From contig CM082593.2 of NCBI GenBank assembly GCA_040954595.2, forward strand, positions 11,731,477-11,795,476: 64,000 nt of DNA, read 5' to 3'. The notes under the pieces were generated by a model. The model was not told the origin of the DNA, searched no databases, and worked only from the letters and a program-made list of their open reading frames with translations. Below are positions 13,262 to 26,644 of this stretch, one piece after another. The translations under genes were made by a program, and so were the position numbers. This DNA is from Balanoglossus misakiensis (taxonomy: Eukaryota; Animalia; Hemichordata). Numbering within the stretch: position 1 is the stretch's first letter; the number at the start of each line of letters is the position of its first letter.

Positions 13262-14340
13262 GAATAGCGTCAAGGACACTGTGGTCCCATTTGAGGATTA
13301 TGCGGAAACAGTGACACACCAGAATAAAAATTACAGGTGACATTGCAAGCAGATATGATCTTACGATATAGAAATATGGAATGTAAAAAAAATTAACAAG
13401 GAACATGCCCAATAAACTGTCATGTGTCATGACAGTCTTACAAGTAGTGCTAGAAAAAAAATTGACCAAAAATTGTCTGTACAAACACATATGAGAAGCA
13501 ACTTCTTTCAGTCAGCTCTGAAACAGACAGACAGACAGACACACACACTGACCTGCCACTGGTAATAAACAATTTAATAGCCCATGGTCTCTCTAACAGC
13601 TGGCTTATTGAAGTTATGTAAACATGCCTAAGTTGGGGGTAACAACTCCTTGTAAACAGTAACTTTCAAAACAACTGGACAATTGGTTTAGGAGAAAAAA
13701 CTCGCTAAATATTGAATATTTCTGATATCAGAATTGAATAAAAGTTGCACATATACATGTATGTGTTATGAAATTATATCCTAAATTTCAAAGCAATCAG
13801 AGAAAAAACAAATCTCAAAGCAATCAACAAGCAGTTTCACAAAAAAATATTTGTTCAAAAGTGGCAAAAACACAAAATTGTACAATACCTTACTTCAACC
13901 ACTACAAGGAACATGCTGCCAAAGGTCAATGCAATATGACAAGCAGTTTCAGGAAAACAATTTTTGACAAAAATTGCAAAAGTTTCCCCGATAACACATT
14001 TATGAAAATATCACATTTTTTACAACATATTATTTGGGTTACACCTACGAACATGCTTACAAAATTGCAAAGCAATCTGGCATGCGGTTTTAAAGAAAAA
14101 AAATTGACCAAAAATGACAAATATTGCTCAAAATTATAAATATGCAAATTTTGCAACAATTTGAACAAAACTATGGTTACTCAGACAACAATTGGGAAGC
14201 TTCATACTAAATTTAAAAGAAGTAAGCCCATCACTTTCAGAAATGAAGACTTTTTACCAATAACATGAAAAAATACAAACAAATGCATAAAAAATAGGAA
14301 ATCAATAATATTAGCTCAAAACATACATTAATTGTAGGCC
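13262..14340 (-). mobile_element. Helentron/DINE-1-like repeat inserted in the Academ ORF (also about 40514-41595)
   Basis: Begins with the reverse complement of the atgggaccacagtgtccttgacgc end seen at 52064 and 60009, and contains (acag)n(ac)n. It appears to replace part of the coding region. Confidence 0.55.
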
Positions 14341-14344
14341 AAGC

Positions 14345-15553
14345 AAGAGAAAACTAGTGAACTTCTTGTCAGCCACATCTTTAAAAATAATTGTACCGGC
14401 TCTGCAAGGTGATCATGTCCTCATTACAGCAGGTGGCTTTGATGGGGAAAATAGGGACAAAAGTCTTTTCGTCGGTAGTAATGGAATTGTGTCTGAGTGG
14501 GAAGCCAAAAGTTGTCATGAAGAAGCTGACAGTAGATGCATCCTTCATGCAGTTCAGTCCTCTTACAAGAAAGGTGTTATTTACTCCCCTGATACCGATA
14601 CTTATCATGTTCTCCTCCCAGTACTATATCAACATGTTCAAAAGGAGATATTTGTACAACTGGATAATGATTTATCCAATCTCACTTATTTAGACATGAA
14701 TCAATTCAAATCAGATTTAAATTTAGACCCTGATTTGCAACATATTCCCCTCCAATATGTAGGCAAAATATTTCAAACAGTGTTCGCATGCACAGGTTGT
14801 GACTATACTTTGCAGGCATCGGAAAGATATCTTTCTACAAGACATTTTTTCAATACCCTGAATTTATAACTAGTGGCACCCTTATACCTGGAACACTGAT
14901 AGACACAACAGTAGACAGTGTAGGGAATGGAATTTTTGCTTTCATACGTTTAAAAGGTAGTGTTTATGTTAAGAAACATTTCCAAGCATTTGATGCATCT
15001 CATCCTTTTGAACTTTATCAACAAGTAGCCAGTGTCACTAACAGTCTTAAAGATAACCACATCAAATGGCTTACATATATACGAGAAACAATTTGGCCAC
15101 GTATCCAGTATGAGGAAGAATGTATCCCTTCCTTTGAAGCCCTACAACTGCACTGGAAAAGATCATGCTGGGTCTCTCAGTTATGGTCCCAGGCCGATCA
15201 GTGCCATGTTACGTTTCCCTTATTCAATAATTATGGATACAGACTAAGCAACGGCGAACTTGATATTATTTGGGACAGTGATGCCAATTTAGAAAAAGTG
15301 AAAAATAATTTGGAGTTGCTAACAAAAGGGTGTGGCTGCAAAAAGATGCCAACTTGTAATAGCAGATGTTGTAAATGTTTATAAGACCCACAATGGTTGT
15401 GGCCCTGCGTGTCAATGCAATGACTGCAGTAATCCACATAATGTACCACATCGAAAAAGTATGGGGTATGCCCAAAATATACAGATAAGTCACCACTATT
15501 AGAATCACCATCACCAATCACTGATACTGAACATCATAATATGGAAAATAGCA
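14345..15553 (+). pseudogene. Academ XPG/PIN-like nuclease and Cys-cluster remnant (copy A)
   Basis: CHEEADSRCILHA, YSPDTDTY, TGCDY..GIGK, PSFEALQLHWKRSCW, GCGCKK..C..C; frameshifted. Confidence 0.8.
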
Positions 15554-16077
15554 TTTCGAATTAATTTCTTTTCACGGATGTCGGGACCGATATTAGACCT
15601 CTCTGTCAGGAAAGTTTGGTTAACTTCCGAGGTCGTTTTCAAATGATTTTTGACACGTTTGTGGACGTCTCTTTCGGGGTCACCAACATACCACTGAAAA
15701 CACGTTAAAAACTTCTACTATTACCGACAGATTTTCATAAAATTTACGTCTGCAGTGAAAAATGGGAATCACTTTCGTAATTTATCCAGCTAACATGGTA
15801 TTTTATTGCACAACAGAGCATAAAAATCAAGTTGAAAATCACCTTGAAAATTGGCCTATTGCAGTCTGTTTGAAAGTTAACGTTCGCTCGCTTGATGAAC
15901 TTCCATATGCAAATGAGCACCGTGCGATCTGACTGTGTATATGTACTCCGTGTAGACTGAATGGGACCACTGTGTCCTTGATGCAATTTTTTACACTTAT
16001 CAGGTATATGTTGACTAACACAAGCAAAAATTTCACCAACTCATCTGAGAAATCTTATCCCAGGTCCTAAGGTTGTG

Positions 16078-16490
16078 AGATTAATAGAATCTTACACTCC
16101 CAAGGACTAGGGGTCATAATTCTAACATGAGTTGGGGATTTTATGTCCCACACGAGCCGCAGGCGAATGTGGGACAAAACATCCCTGACAAGTGTGGGAA
16201 ATATGATCCTAGGTCCTTTGTGTATGAGATTATATTTCTCACACGGGCACAAATTAGCCAAATTCGTCTTAAAACATTGAATAAATGACTCTTGAGTTGT
16301 CATCTGGCATGTTGTAGTTTCTTTATCCTGTCATTGGATAACATTTAGCGCACGTTATTGAAAAACGCTTTGTCATCCAATCAGCGCTCGCGTCATATAC
16401 AGCTTTCGATTCAGTGAGTGTGTGGGATTGATTTGTTCTTACACTCTGATCCCACACTCTCAGCATGCCAGGAGTGTGAGAATCTATATA
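16078..16490 (+). mobile_element. Hairpin-headed element (copies also about 44925-45335 and 46176-46585)
   Basis: Long imperfect palindrome centred on GAGCCGCAGGCGA (16154-16166), then ttctcacac paired with gtgtgagaa at the far end. Confidence 0.65.
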
Positions 16491-16812
16491 ATTAAGATCT
16501 ACGAGTTTGAAATTTTAGGTGAAGAGTTTATCAATTTCTTTGCCAACCCTGTAGGGCATTCTGGGATATGTGTTCATGCCAAAGCACAAACAGTTATGAC
16601 CTGACAGCTCAGTTTGTACATCATTTCTACAAATCCACAAAGAAACTGAACGTTTAGAAAAGTCAGGCCTGTTAGAAATATTAGAAATATCACTGTTAAT
16701 ACTTAATTTCAAAGCCATGTGAATTTGTTCAATTTAAGAAAATGTTTAAAGGAAGGGAGGATAGGTATTGACTTGAATAATTACAATGGATGTTTTTGTT
16801 TTCTGTTTTTAG

Positions 16813-16932
16813 ATGTGAATGAGTGTTCAGATTCTGTTTGTGCTGGAGGTTGTCACAATGCAGAGGGTGGATTCAGCTGTAGTTGTGGTGATGATGGTTT
16901 TTCTCTGAGTGCAGATCATGTCAATTGTTTAG
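16813..16932 (+). pseudogene. Calcium-binding EGF exon, open frame, phase 1-1 (copy A)
   Basis: DVNECSDSVCAGGCHNAEGGFSCSCGDDGFSLSADHVNCL; 120 nt, AG/GTAAG. Neighbouring exons are disabled. Confidence 0.85.
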
Positions 16933-17907
16933 GTAAGTTTTTTTTGAGCGGGGAGGGTATAGGCTAACAATGGCTTTGCATTTCCTGCCACAAAAGGGTG
17001 CTTACAGAAGTTGTAAGTTGCAGAGATTACAGTCAGTCACCATGTTAAAAAAGAAAATAATTTAAAGTTATCAGGCACTTTCCATAGTTAGAAATTAAAA
17101 ATATAGCGTCAAGGACACTTGGTGCTCTCTCAGTGTGTAGTGGATGAAGAGCAGAATGTTTGGAGAACAGTGCAAACACCACAGTGAAATGCTGAACTGA
17201 TTTGCTCATGTAATATTGAATGCAGCCTGATAAGGTGGGTGCTTGACAGGGGGAAAAAACCACTTGTCCTGGGCTCTAATAACTGTTTTAAATTAAGTCT
17301 TAAAAATGGCCTGCACTCACAAATGGCCTCACACAAATATATTGTCATTTCCCTCTCAGATTCTGTATCTTATGTTATACTGATGCAATTCATTGTGTAT
17401 GTCATATCAAATTGCACCAGTGCAACTATGAGAAATGTGTTTTGAAAAAAACAGTGCAAGCAGAAGTACTAGTCTAAAAGTGAAAGAAATACATTTGGAA
17501 AAAAAAAATCAGACAGCATTCAAGATCAGCTGAAGTGTTTTGATAAAATTTATCCATATTCAAGTATATACTGTCATGTGCTGATTATAGTAGTGTAGGT
17601 GGTAGCGAAAAAAATACATGAATTGTTCAAACAGAAAGTACAATCATTTAGTTTCCCCAGTTTATGGGAGCATAGCAGTTGTGAACATAGTATATGAAAT
17701 AAATTAAAATAGTCATTGCTCTCTGGTCCATCATTTTCGGTAGAAGTGACCTGATTTCACATCAATAGTTTCCCACCCGTCATTTCCAGCTAATTTCATG
17801 TAGAACAAAACTCCTATACAACATAATAACATTTCTAGAACCTTTTTTGCTGGTTGGGCCCACAGACTAACACTAGTGGTTCTAAAAAGAAACTTCCATA
17901 ACAACCT

Positions 17908-18643
17908 TTATCATATGCCTATATTCACGTGCCCATGTAAAGTCTATGGGGAAAAGCGCCCTCACATCCGTGCAGTTTTTTTTGCTTATCACGCCCCGGC
18001 CCGGTGACCATATTTGGAAGACGCGTTCAATATCCGGATCTAGTTTTGTGTTTATTGCGCGAGATTCCAAAGTTGTCGCTGCTACGTTCGGAATTAAATT
18101 TTTCTGGTGCGGTGTCAGTGACTAGTGCACTTGCAGTGTGTGTACGTCCTATGCCACTACCGAATCACATCCTCTTCCATAATCGCTGCATGTTGTAGAG
18201 CTTTATTTGGAAATATGAATAGCAAAATTGATGATTTGATGTGACTGTCGGCGTCGATCGTCGCGAGGAAAAAATAATGTTTTGCTCGCGCTCGGCTGTG
18301 TGAGTTCGAGCGCGTCTACATCTCACGTGCAATAGAATGTAAACAAATGACATCATGCATATCAAACCGCAAAAACTGGAGGAATACGGCTCTATGCTAA
18401 GCGATTTATCATTTCAAAACGATAGATAAAAGCGTAATATTTACATTCCAAAATATTACAGAATGTGTATTTTATTAGTTTCTTGTAGATTATTGTTCAA
18501 TAAGGCATATGATAAAACCTTTACGGCCCTAATACGGGTTTTGCGGCCCTCGGTCGTACGGCGATTCGCGCCCTCCCTGCGGTCGGGCGCTTCCGCCGTA
18601 CGACCTCGGGCCGCAAAAGCCGTATCAGGGCCGTAAAGATTAG
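17908..18643 (-). mobile_element. Hairpin-headed element present only in copy A
   Basis: ttatcatatgcct..aggcatatgataa inverted repeat plus a long palindrome at 18520-18638. Empty site near 47998 in copy B. Confidence 0.8.
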
Positions 18644-18883
18644 TATGCTTGACGCATTCAAGTCAGGGCACACCTAACCCATTCAAAATATGCAAATTAG
18701 AAAAAGACGCATATGCATTATTTGTGTCCCCAGAGACACACACAGGAAATCAAGCGAGTGCGGCCACTAGCTGAAAGAGCTGAATTCAATGGATTGCCTT
18801 ACAATGTTCATGATACAAGGGGGTGATGATCAATGAACAGAACAGCGGTCCACTTTCACGCATTGTAGTGCACTGATCATGGC

Positions 18884-19457
18884 TAGACTGTCGACAGTCC
18901 CTCGCGCCTAATATGTATCGATTCGGCGTTTCGTGCGAGGGCCGAAGGCCCGATTCGGCGTTTCGTGGTGCGAGGGCCGTAAGGCCCGAGAGACTGTTAT
19001 AGCTTGTAAGCCTTGCCTTGATATTAATTATGCATGCAGAAAATGACGTAGTAAAATTTGCATATGGGGGCGTAAATCAGCGGCGATACAACCAAAACTA
19101 TCGATGACGGTTCCTCGGTAAATTCGCCGATCCTGTCCAAGAGAAAAGGTGCGATTTCATACGCCAAAGACTTCCCAGTGCCCGTTGGCGATGCCACAAA
19201 AACATCTTTGCCGTTTATGAGTTTATGACGTATATTAACTGTCAATCATTTTACAGGGGCATTTTCCCACAGTGCCCGTGTGAGGGCGAAACAAGGTATA
19301 ACAGTCCCTCGGGCCACGCCCACGCCCGAGGCCTTACGGCCATCGCACCACGAAACGCCGAATCGGGCCTTCGGCCCTCAAAAGATACGGACCTTACGGC
19401 CCTCGAACGAAACGCCGAGTCGATACACATTAGGCGCGAGGGACTGTCGACAGTCTA
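18884..19457 (-). mobile_element. Non-autonomous AcademH-like element carrying a RecQ-type helicase motif I fragment
   Basis: TAG..CTA termini, long TIRs (tagactgtcgacagtccctcgcgcctaat..), and an 8-bp TSD ATCATGGC (18876-18883, 19458-19465; single copy at 48232-48239). The minus-strand frame reads KDVFVASPTGTGKSLAYE..IVLVVSPL. Confidence 0.8.
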
Positions 19458-20212
19458 ATCATGGCAAGTTGATCATGTCAAAACAAACGACGATGTTAGA
19501 TAGCAGTGCTTCGCAAGTTTGACTAATTTGTATGAAAATCGTCTCGCCAAACTTTTTTCTCGCGGGTAGCAAAAACACTGCTGGCTAATCCGTTCCGATT
19601 TCTGCCCCTGTTCCAATTCTTCCGCAACACCTCAAAGCTACACACCACCGCCAAAAACATAAAGCTACACACCCCTACTAGAAAATGGTATGAATTCTTG
19701 ACGGATGGAAGTAGTTTGACAGACGGCGAAAGATGCAGTGTGCAACTGAAACTGCTGCATCAGAGTTCTTGTGCTCCAACTGCAGGAAGGATTGTCATTC
19801 CCGTATTGGTCTGACAAGCCACTCACGAAGCTGTTTTAAATCATAGTGCATCATGCCATAGTCTCTCGAGACTGAAGGTTGCCTACTAGTAGCTCATACC
19901 CAACTTGACAGACTCCCCTGTTTACACTTCGGAGCCAAAAAATGAGTTTGTTGTCTCGTGCATGATATTTTTGGCTTTCAAACACTACCTTGTTAAATGT
20001 AATGTGGTTACTACATTGTTTGTTTATCAGTATACAGTACTGGTACAGATAAACATATGTAATGACCAAGTTATAATATGCCAGATGATATTTATTAAGT
20101 TTCACACAATTTTGCTCTCTTATCGTATATTTTCAAATGTGTACTCAAAGAAAACTGTAATTCACATGTATTCATTCTAACACATTTTATGATATTTGTG
20201 TTTTCCCCGCAG

Positions 20213-20350
20213 ATGACAATGAGTGCGATCAAGCTGGTTGGTCACCATGCCAACAAGTAGATTGCAACACACCAACCAGTTACCAGAGTGTGGTTGCAGA
20301 CCAGGATTCAACATACATGCGTTTGTGAGTATCTACAATTTGGAGAGAAA
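20213..20350 (+). pseudogene. Decayed calcium-binding EGF exon (copy A)
   Basis: DDNECDQAGWSPCQQVDCNTPTSY, then a frameshift, then ECGCRPGF. The 3' donor position is uncertain. Confidence 0.75.
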
Positions 20351-20483
20351 GTAAGATGTATGGGTTTGTACTTAGTGTCTTATACATGTATATATGACAC
20401 TGAAATCATATATTGTACAATCAGTCATTGGTAAATGTCTGCTATTCATGACACAGATCAACATACAGTCAAACCTGTTAGTG

Positions 20484-21540
20484 TGGTATGATGTGTATTC
20501 CCGTAGGATTTTTGTGCTAAAATAGATTTTTTTGCTGTTTTGGCTTCTATGGGGACCCAACTACCCGAAAATGATGGGGTGCAATTTTAAGGGCCCCTCC
20601 ATCATATTTTTCTGGGGGGGGGGGGGAGGTACTTCCGTTTTGTGGTATGATGTGTATTCCCGTAGGATTTTTGTGCTAAAATTGATTTTTTTGCTGTTTT
20701 GGCTTCTATGGGGACCCAACTACCCGAAAATGATGGGGTGCAATTTTTAGGGCCCCTCCATCAATTTTTTTCGGGGGGTCTCTTCTGTTGTGGTCACTCG
20801 AGGATATTTGTTCACCTATTTACTCTATCATCATGGGAATTTGGGCTACAATTAATTTATTTTTGTGGTTTTTGCCTTGGAGGGGACCCACCTGGCCAAA
20901 AATAATCGGGTGCAAATTATAGGGCCCCTCCATCATTTTTTTATTTGGGGGAGGGGCCACTTCCATTTTGGCCACTCCGAAGTTGTTTGTTGGCCTATTT
21001 ACTCTATTATCATGGGAATTTGGGCTACAATTAATTTGTTTTTGTTGTTTTTGCTTTGGAGGGGACCCACCTGGCCAAAAATAATAGGGTGCAAATTATA
21101 GGCCCCCCATCATTTTTTGTTGGGGGGGGGGGGGGCACTTCCATTTTGGCCACTCCGAAGTTGTTTGTTGGCTGATTTACTCCCTTCTCATACAATATTT
21201 TGCTAAAAATATTATTTTTCTTTGATGTTTTGGTTTCAATGGGGCTCCACCAGAACTAAAATGATGGGATTCAAATTTTTGGAACCTTCCATCATGTCTT
21301 GGGGGGGGGGGGGTAATCATTTTTGTTTTAGCCACCCTGAAGATACTTGTTCACCTATTTACTATACGGTTAGTATTGTCGTGGTATTTCTTGCAATTTG
21401 GTTTGCTCCTTTGGCTTGAATGCAGACTGACTGCCGAAAAGTGATGGTGTGCAAAATGTTGGACCCCTTTACCACATTTGTTTTTTTTTGGGGGGGGAGG
21501 GGGGGGGGGGTTCCCTATATTTGTTTTCGCCAACCCGTTG
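20484..21540. repeat. G-run-rich degenerate tandem repeat (~160-180-bp units)
   Basis: Repeated gggacccaMctRSccRaaaatRatRgggtgcaa..gggcccctccatc units with poly-G tracts. Confidence 0.8.
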
Positions 21541-22117
21541 TAACAGTTGTTTTTTAATCGTAGATTTTTTCGTTTATTCTAAATTTAGTATACTAAGGTA
21601 AATTAAAACTCCTTTATTAGCCTGATCGCATCACCCCGTCACACTTGGCAATGGGTTACTGTTTCAAAGTCTCAGTTTTGTCCTTTGACTCACTGGCTTT
21701 TATTAGAGGTTCCTACCTTTAAATGTTTCATAAAATGTTTAACCAAATCTGTCTACAATCGGAGTAGACATTGTTTACATACACCTGTTGTTAAATAATT
21801 GTACTGTGTTGTATTTCAGATTTTTGTCAGGAGCAGGTGAGAAATACAGTATGGTTTCAGAAGGTCTGAGTACTGCAGTGCAGTTATTTGACGATATGAA
21901 GAGTTTACGATATTCAAGGTAATTATGGTAAAATTCTGAGGTTAAAGATCATTCTCTAGTTATAGCCCCCACTTTTTGAGGTGGTTTATCTGTATGTAAA
22001 GCTCACCATGTCAACCAGGAAATGATTCCATACCGACAGTAAAGTACAACTCACATGTGAAGTACATTGAAACCTGCCTAGTAAGGGCACCTCTGGGATC
22101 ACACAACATGTCCTTAA

Positions 22118-22640
22118 AGGGATACAGGCTCTCTCTCCCGCTCGCTGCCCCTTATTCAATTAATTATATTTGATACAAGACACTATTTATGTCATTCTAC
22201 ATGTGGATATATAGTGAATCAATATTCAACCACACACAAAGTATATTTATTTATTCTTTAATTCAGGCCGTATGCCCATACTGTAAAAAAAACATACAAA
22301 ACAAACCCAGAAACAACTCCATAAAAGAAAGACACAAAAGAAAAAAAAATCCCAAAAACTTAATGAAGAACAACCCTGCAATGCCCCCAGAAAGTAGATA
22401 AAAAGTAACATATATACTGCTTGTGGACATGAGTGATAAAACTCGCCAAAATGAATAATCAGTCTCTGCCATTTATTCGTTTTGGGTGAGTTTTTACTCC
22501 CATATCATACACGCGGGATGGAAGTTGTGTATGGTTGAACGTTCATTCACTACATATACACATGTACATTAACATAAACAGTGTCTTGTATCAAACAATA
22601 TTAATGGAAAAAAGGGCAGCGAGAGAGAGACTTTGTCCCT
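22118..22640. mobile_element. TTAA-flanked Kolobok-like MITE
   Basis: TTAA at 22114-22117 and 22641-22644; ends aggga..tccct. Same family as 7368 and 54861. Confidence 0.8.
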
Positions 22641-25600
22641 TTAATACAGAGGTGTCCTTAATAGAAATGTGCATGTAATATTCTATTCAAGCCATTACTT
22701 TTGTCTTGAACAATCTATCCTTAAAGGGAAAATCCGGTCCAGGTAATTTCTACATAATTTGGTAGCTTTGAGGTCACTCTTTCAGAAAAAAAAATATTTG
22801 TCATGTATAAGTCATCATATTTTTTTACAAAATCGAGGGAAAGTTGGCAGAATTTCTAATATGGCGTTTACTGTAATTTGAATCATGGGAAAAAAAAGCA
22901 CCAGGACCAACTTCCACCCACCTTGGTGTGGGTGATACCATTTTCCAATGGGTGTAACTGCGTGACTGCTTGGGTATCTGTTGCTAAGCAAATATTTGAA
23001 ATCATACAATCCAGATTCTAAAGTTCAAAGGACAAATATACAACTTGTTAACATGGCCATTGACAACCAATTCATCATATTGTGGTGATGTAGAACACCT
23101 TTTTTGTGGTTGTTAAAATTTTCATTACCCTAAATCGGTACTTCCGTAAAATGGTTGTAATATTTTTATTAATATTTATTACACATCACATATTATTATT
23201 CGCTCTTGGTTGGCTAATACTTTATATGCCAGAACTTCATGACCTCTGCACACGATCTGAGGCTTACAGAAGTTATTTTCGCGAGTGATGCAGTGTATTC
23301 TGTTGCAGTACATGCACAAGCCAAGCCTATTATTCCCCATCATTTCAATGCCTGGCCAATGAATTACACATCCCCTGAAAATTGTTGGTAGGTGGGCAAT
23401 CAGTTTCCATGGTTAAATCCTGGATGAAACACTGGTACAGGTTCAAGACAAGTTTTGTGACATTGTGTGAATCCACAGCAGAATTTTACATCAACTCTAT
23501 AATCCTCCATTTTTGTAATGATTGTGTTTCAGGAAAATCTGTGTCTAGTGGTGATACGAAAGAGGATGCCATAGTGAAACCTACAACCATAGCAACCAGT
23601 ACAACCACTACCACAACACATCCACTGAAACCTGCATCAACAGTTACCATGGTTACAGGGCCTACCTCTGGTATGACCTCAAATCCTCTCAAATCAACTG
23701 TTGGAAGATCATCTCCAGGTAAAGTCTCCAGTGTTGCTTCCCAGCCATTGTCAAATTAAGTCCGCACATAATTACACCTCCAAGTGAAGTGTGATATATA
23801 GTAGAATTATGTAAAGCCGCTCTGCCAAGGTATGTTTATTTCAGGCAGGGTCACCTTCTGAAAAAAACATCACTTAGCCTCATGGGCTTTAATCAGATAT
23901 ATCCTAAGTTGTAACAAGTGGGAAGCACTTATAGGCTGACCAAGTCAAATCAAGTTGCAGGTTTTAATGACTTTCCCAGGCACTGGTTATTTTAATTACC
24001 CAAGTTATAATTACTTATCACCCAATACTCATGCAGTCTGATTTACTCTGTCAAAGTACCCTATGGGATATCCATGACAGATTGCAACAAATCCAGACTT
24101 GGTAGTTAAGTGTGGTATACCCATGGTAGCTTACTGTTTATGAAAACCATGAGAAAGATTACTATGTTTCAGTTACGCCATCTTGTATTTGTATATGCCT
24201 TGAGTAGCATCTGTCACATGTCACCTGGACAACCAAGTCAAATTGGAAGTCAGTCTCCACAAAAACTGTCGTCCTCTCAACAGAAACTGACTCAACCAAG
24301 TCAGCCCCAGATGAAGGGCCAAGGTCAAAGGACATCAATGCCTTCTGCCCAGCCTACCGCTTTTCCAAACCAACCAGTATCCACTGTCACAGCAAGCAGG
24401 ACACAACAATCCAATGTGACTGTTTCAAGTATCCCCATGAGACAATTTTCATCCACCCAGGTACACTTGTGGTCTATCTTCTACTTTATGAGATTTAAAT
24501 TAGCTGTTTCTAGTTACCCATCCTGTGAATTGAAAGCATTTTTTGACTGTTTCACATAGCCTTGTCTTACCATTGTCTTTAAAGTAGACTATTTTTTTCA
24601 AAACACATTCAAAACTTCTGTTTTGGTTGCTAGAAGCCCACTCTGTCAATGCAAAGACTTATTTGGATAATGCCACAGACTCAGAGATCAATTCCAATTT
24701 TAATGAGATTAATGTGAAAAGCCTAAACCCAATCCTGTCCAAATGTCGGTGTGTGTGTTGAAAATGGGACTTCAAGAGTTGCAAGTTCAACATCGAATTA
24801 AAAATTGGAAGTCATGAATTAAAAATGGTGGTTTGAATACTGGCCTTGATAATGCTCCATATTAACTAGGTTTGTTACTCTTTTTGGACAGGCAATTTCA
24901 CCACCAAAGATGACTTCCCAGCAGGCACCAGCTGCTGCACTGAAAGCCGTAGAAGGTGTCATGCAAATGGCAAATGGTAGTCAGTTCAGTAAGACGCCAC
25001 CAATTGCTGATGTGAATCCTATCAACTCCAAGCCCTAGAGATGGTCAGGTACTGATTCACAGCCACAAAGAGGTAGGTACAGTCAAACCTGTCTATACTG
25101 GCCAGTCAAGGGACTTTCCTAAACTGGCATTTATAGACAGGTGGCTTCTATAGACGGGTCAATTAATGTGCAATGTACATGTACATGAACTGAAACAAAG
25201 TGGCCACTATATAGTGGTGGAAACAAACACAGATTTGTTGCCACTGCAGTCATTTCGATTGGTTTGATTATACTTTGCCAAAACCTGAGGAAAAAAATAT
25301 TCAAGTTCCCCTTTTCATATTCTCCTATCAATGGTATAATCCGCCAATGTCATGGTAAAATTTTGGTGACATTTTCTGCTAACTGCTAAAGGCAAATTAA
25401 CATTTGTTTTTTTTCAGTATTTTTTTCACTGAAGGAATTAACCCTAGTTTCTTGTTCAGCTCTGGATAGCTTTATGAAATGTTCAGTCTTTAGCTTTTCA
25501 ATAGAACTTGTACATTAGTAATGGGCATTGTGAATATTAAATGAACTCAGACTAGAATTTATTTTTCAACAATAACAATGTTGAACAATATGTAGAACAC

Positions 25601-25859
25601 CATTGTTTGAAAACCAAACTCTGAGAACCTTGATCGTGCCATCTGTTCGACCGTGTCATTAGTTCGACCTTCCACTATTCTTTCGATAATTAATTATTTT
25701 ATAACCTCAAAGTGTTGGACCAGTGCGTAATTGCCTACTGTGAATTTCCAGCCATTTGTTTCTGGTTGAATTTTTGGCGTGATTACGGTAATTCTTAATG
25801 TTTTACAGAGTAGAATAAGACATCACGGCTGATATCCAAAGTTAATGTTGGAGTTATTT

Positions 25860-26172
25860 AAGCAATAAAACACCCCCAGCCATGGTATACCACGAGATTT
25901 TGACCAGTTCACGACATATACGCATGAGTGATAGCGAGTGCGTATATGGAGTTGAACTGGTCAAAATCAAGTGGTATACCATGGCTGGGGGTGTTTTATT
26001 GCTATTATATCATGCCAGTATATTGAAACTTTGCATAAAACATTTTAAAAAGGCATTTTCTTTGACTATGGTAAATGACTGTGGTATATGACTAATATAT
26101 CACAGTCACGTGTCGTGTCTCGACCAATAAAATAGTGTGATTTACACCATCAATATACTGGTATACCATAAT
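25860..26172 (+). mobile_element. Hairpin-headed element (inverted copy at 27146-27452)
   Basis: Palindrome agcaataaaacacccccagccatggtatacc..ggtataccatggctgggggtgttttattgct plus a ccagtatattg/caatatactgg inverted repeat. Confidence 0.8.
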
Positions 26173-26644
26173 AACGATTTAATACTACTGTGTTTACTTA
26201 TGCAGTCATCGATGCAAACAGGAGTGCAGTCAACACAACCGACAGTACCTAATGTGAGCTGCAGCAAGAATCCACCTGTCACCACTGGCACCAATGTTGT
26301 TCGAACTCTGACACAGCCACAAGTACATGTACAAAACCAGTCATTGGTATGTTATGTTATGAACTGAGTTATAATACCCATCTATCCCTTTTGCCTGGCA
26401 AGTGACATTTTATCACTTTTCAGTATTTTAATAGAACTGCATTTGTATAATTTGTTACCTAACATGACATCAGAAGATGGCAGCTTGATGTCTTAACTGA
26501 GGACATTGGATGACCAGTAGATAAAGATTTTCTTTGATAAACACATATGGAAAAATATTATACGGGATACCACAATGTTGTTTTCCCATTACCTGGAAAT
26601 GACAATGCTTTGGGTCACATGGCCAGATCATGTGATTGATATTT

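Larger units (their letters stand above)
5107..15935 (+). mobile_element. Academ-type (AcademX-like) DNA transposon with in-frame OTU domain, decayed copy A
   Basis: 32-bp imperfect TIR cagtcagatcgcaYggtRctcatt..catatg. TGTA is duplicated at 5103-5106 and 15936-15939; the related uninterrupted repeat near 52012 has a single gtcTGTAtatg. Coding remnants: IDNID..FHGT, VVGDGKT..DWH.LKN, TFKFW..AIRSGNW, ALDEAHEM, XPG-like HEEADSR/SPDTD/GCDY, and a Cys cluster. Confidence 0.8.
3292..20483 (+). repeat. Segmental duplication, copy A
   Basis: Near-identical to 29588-49082 from gctacactgtttggggattgc to cagtcaaacctgttagtg, apart from copy-specific insertions and deletions. Confidence 0.95.

Noticed and set aside
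19024-19245. Host RecQ helicase gene
   Set aside because: Only motif I/Ia is present, inside a 574-bp TIR element absent from the paralogous site.
23290-23392. Possible further MED25 VWA exon
   Set aside because: Only vague similarity, with stops; not supportable by eye.
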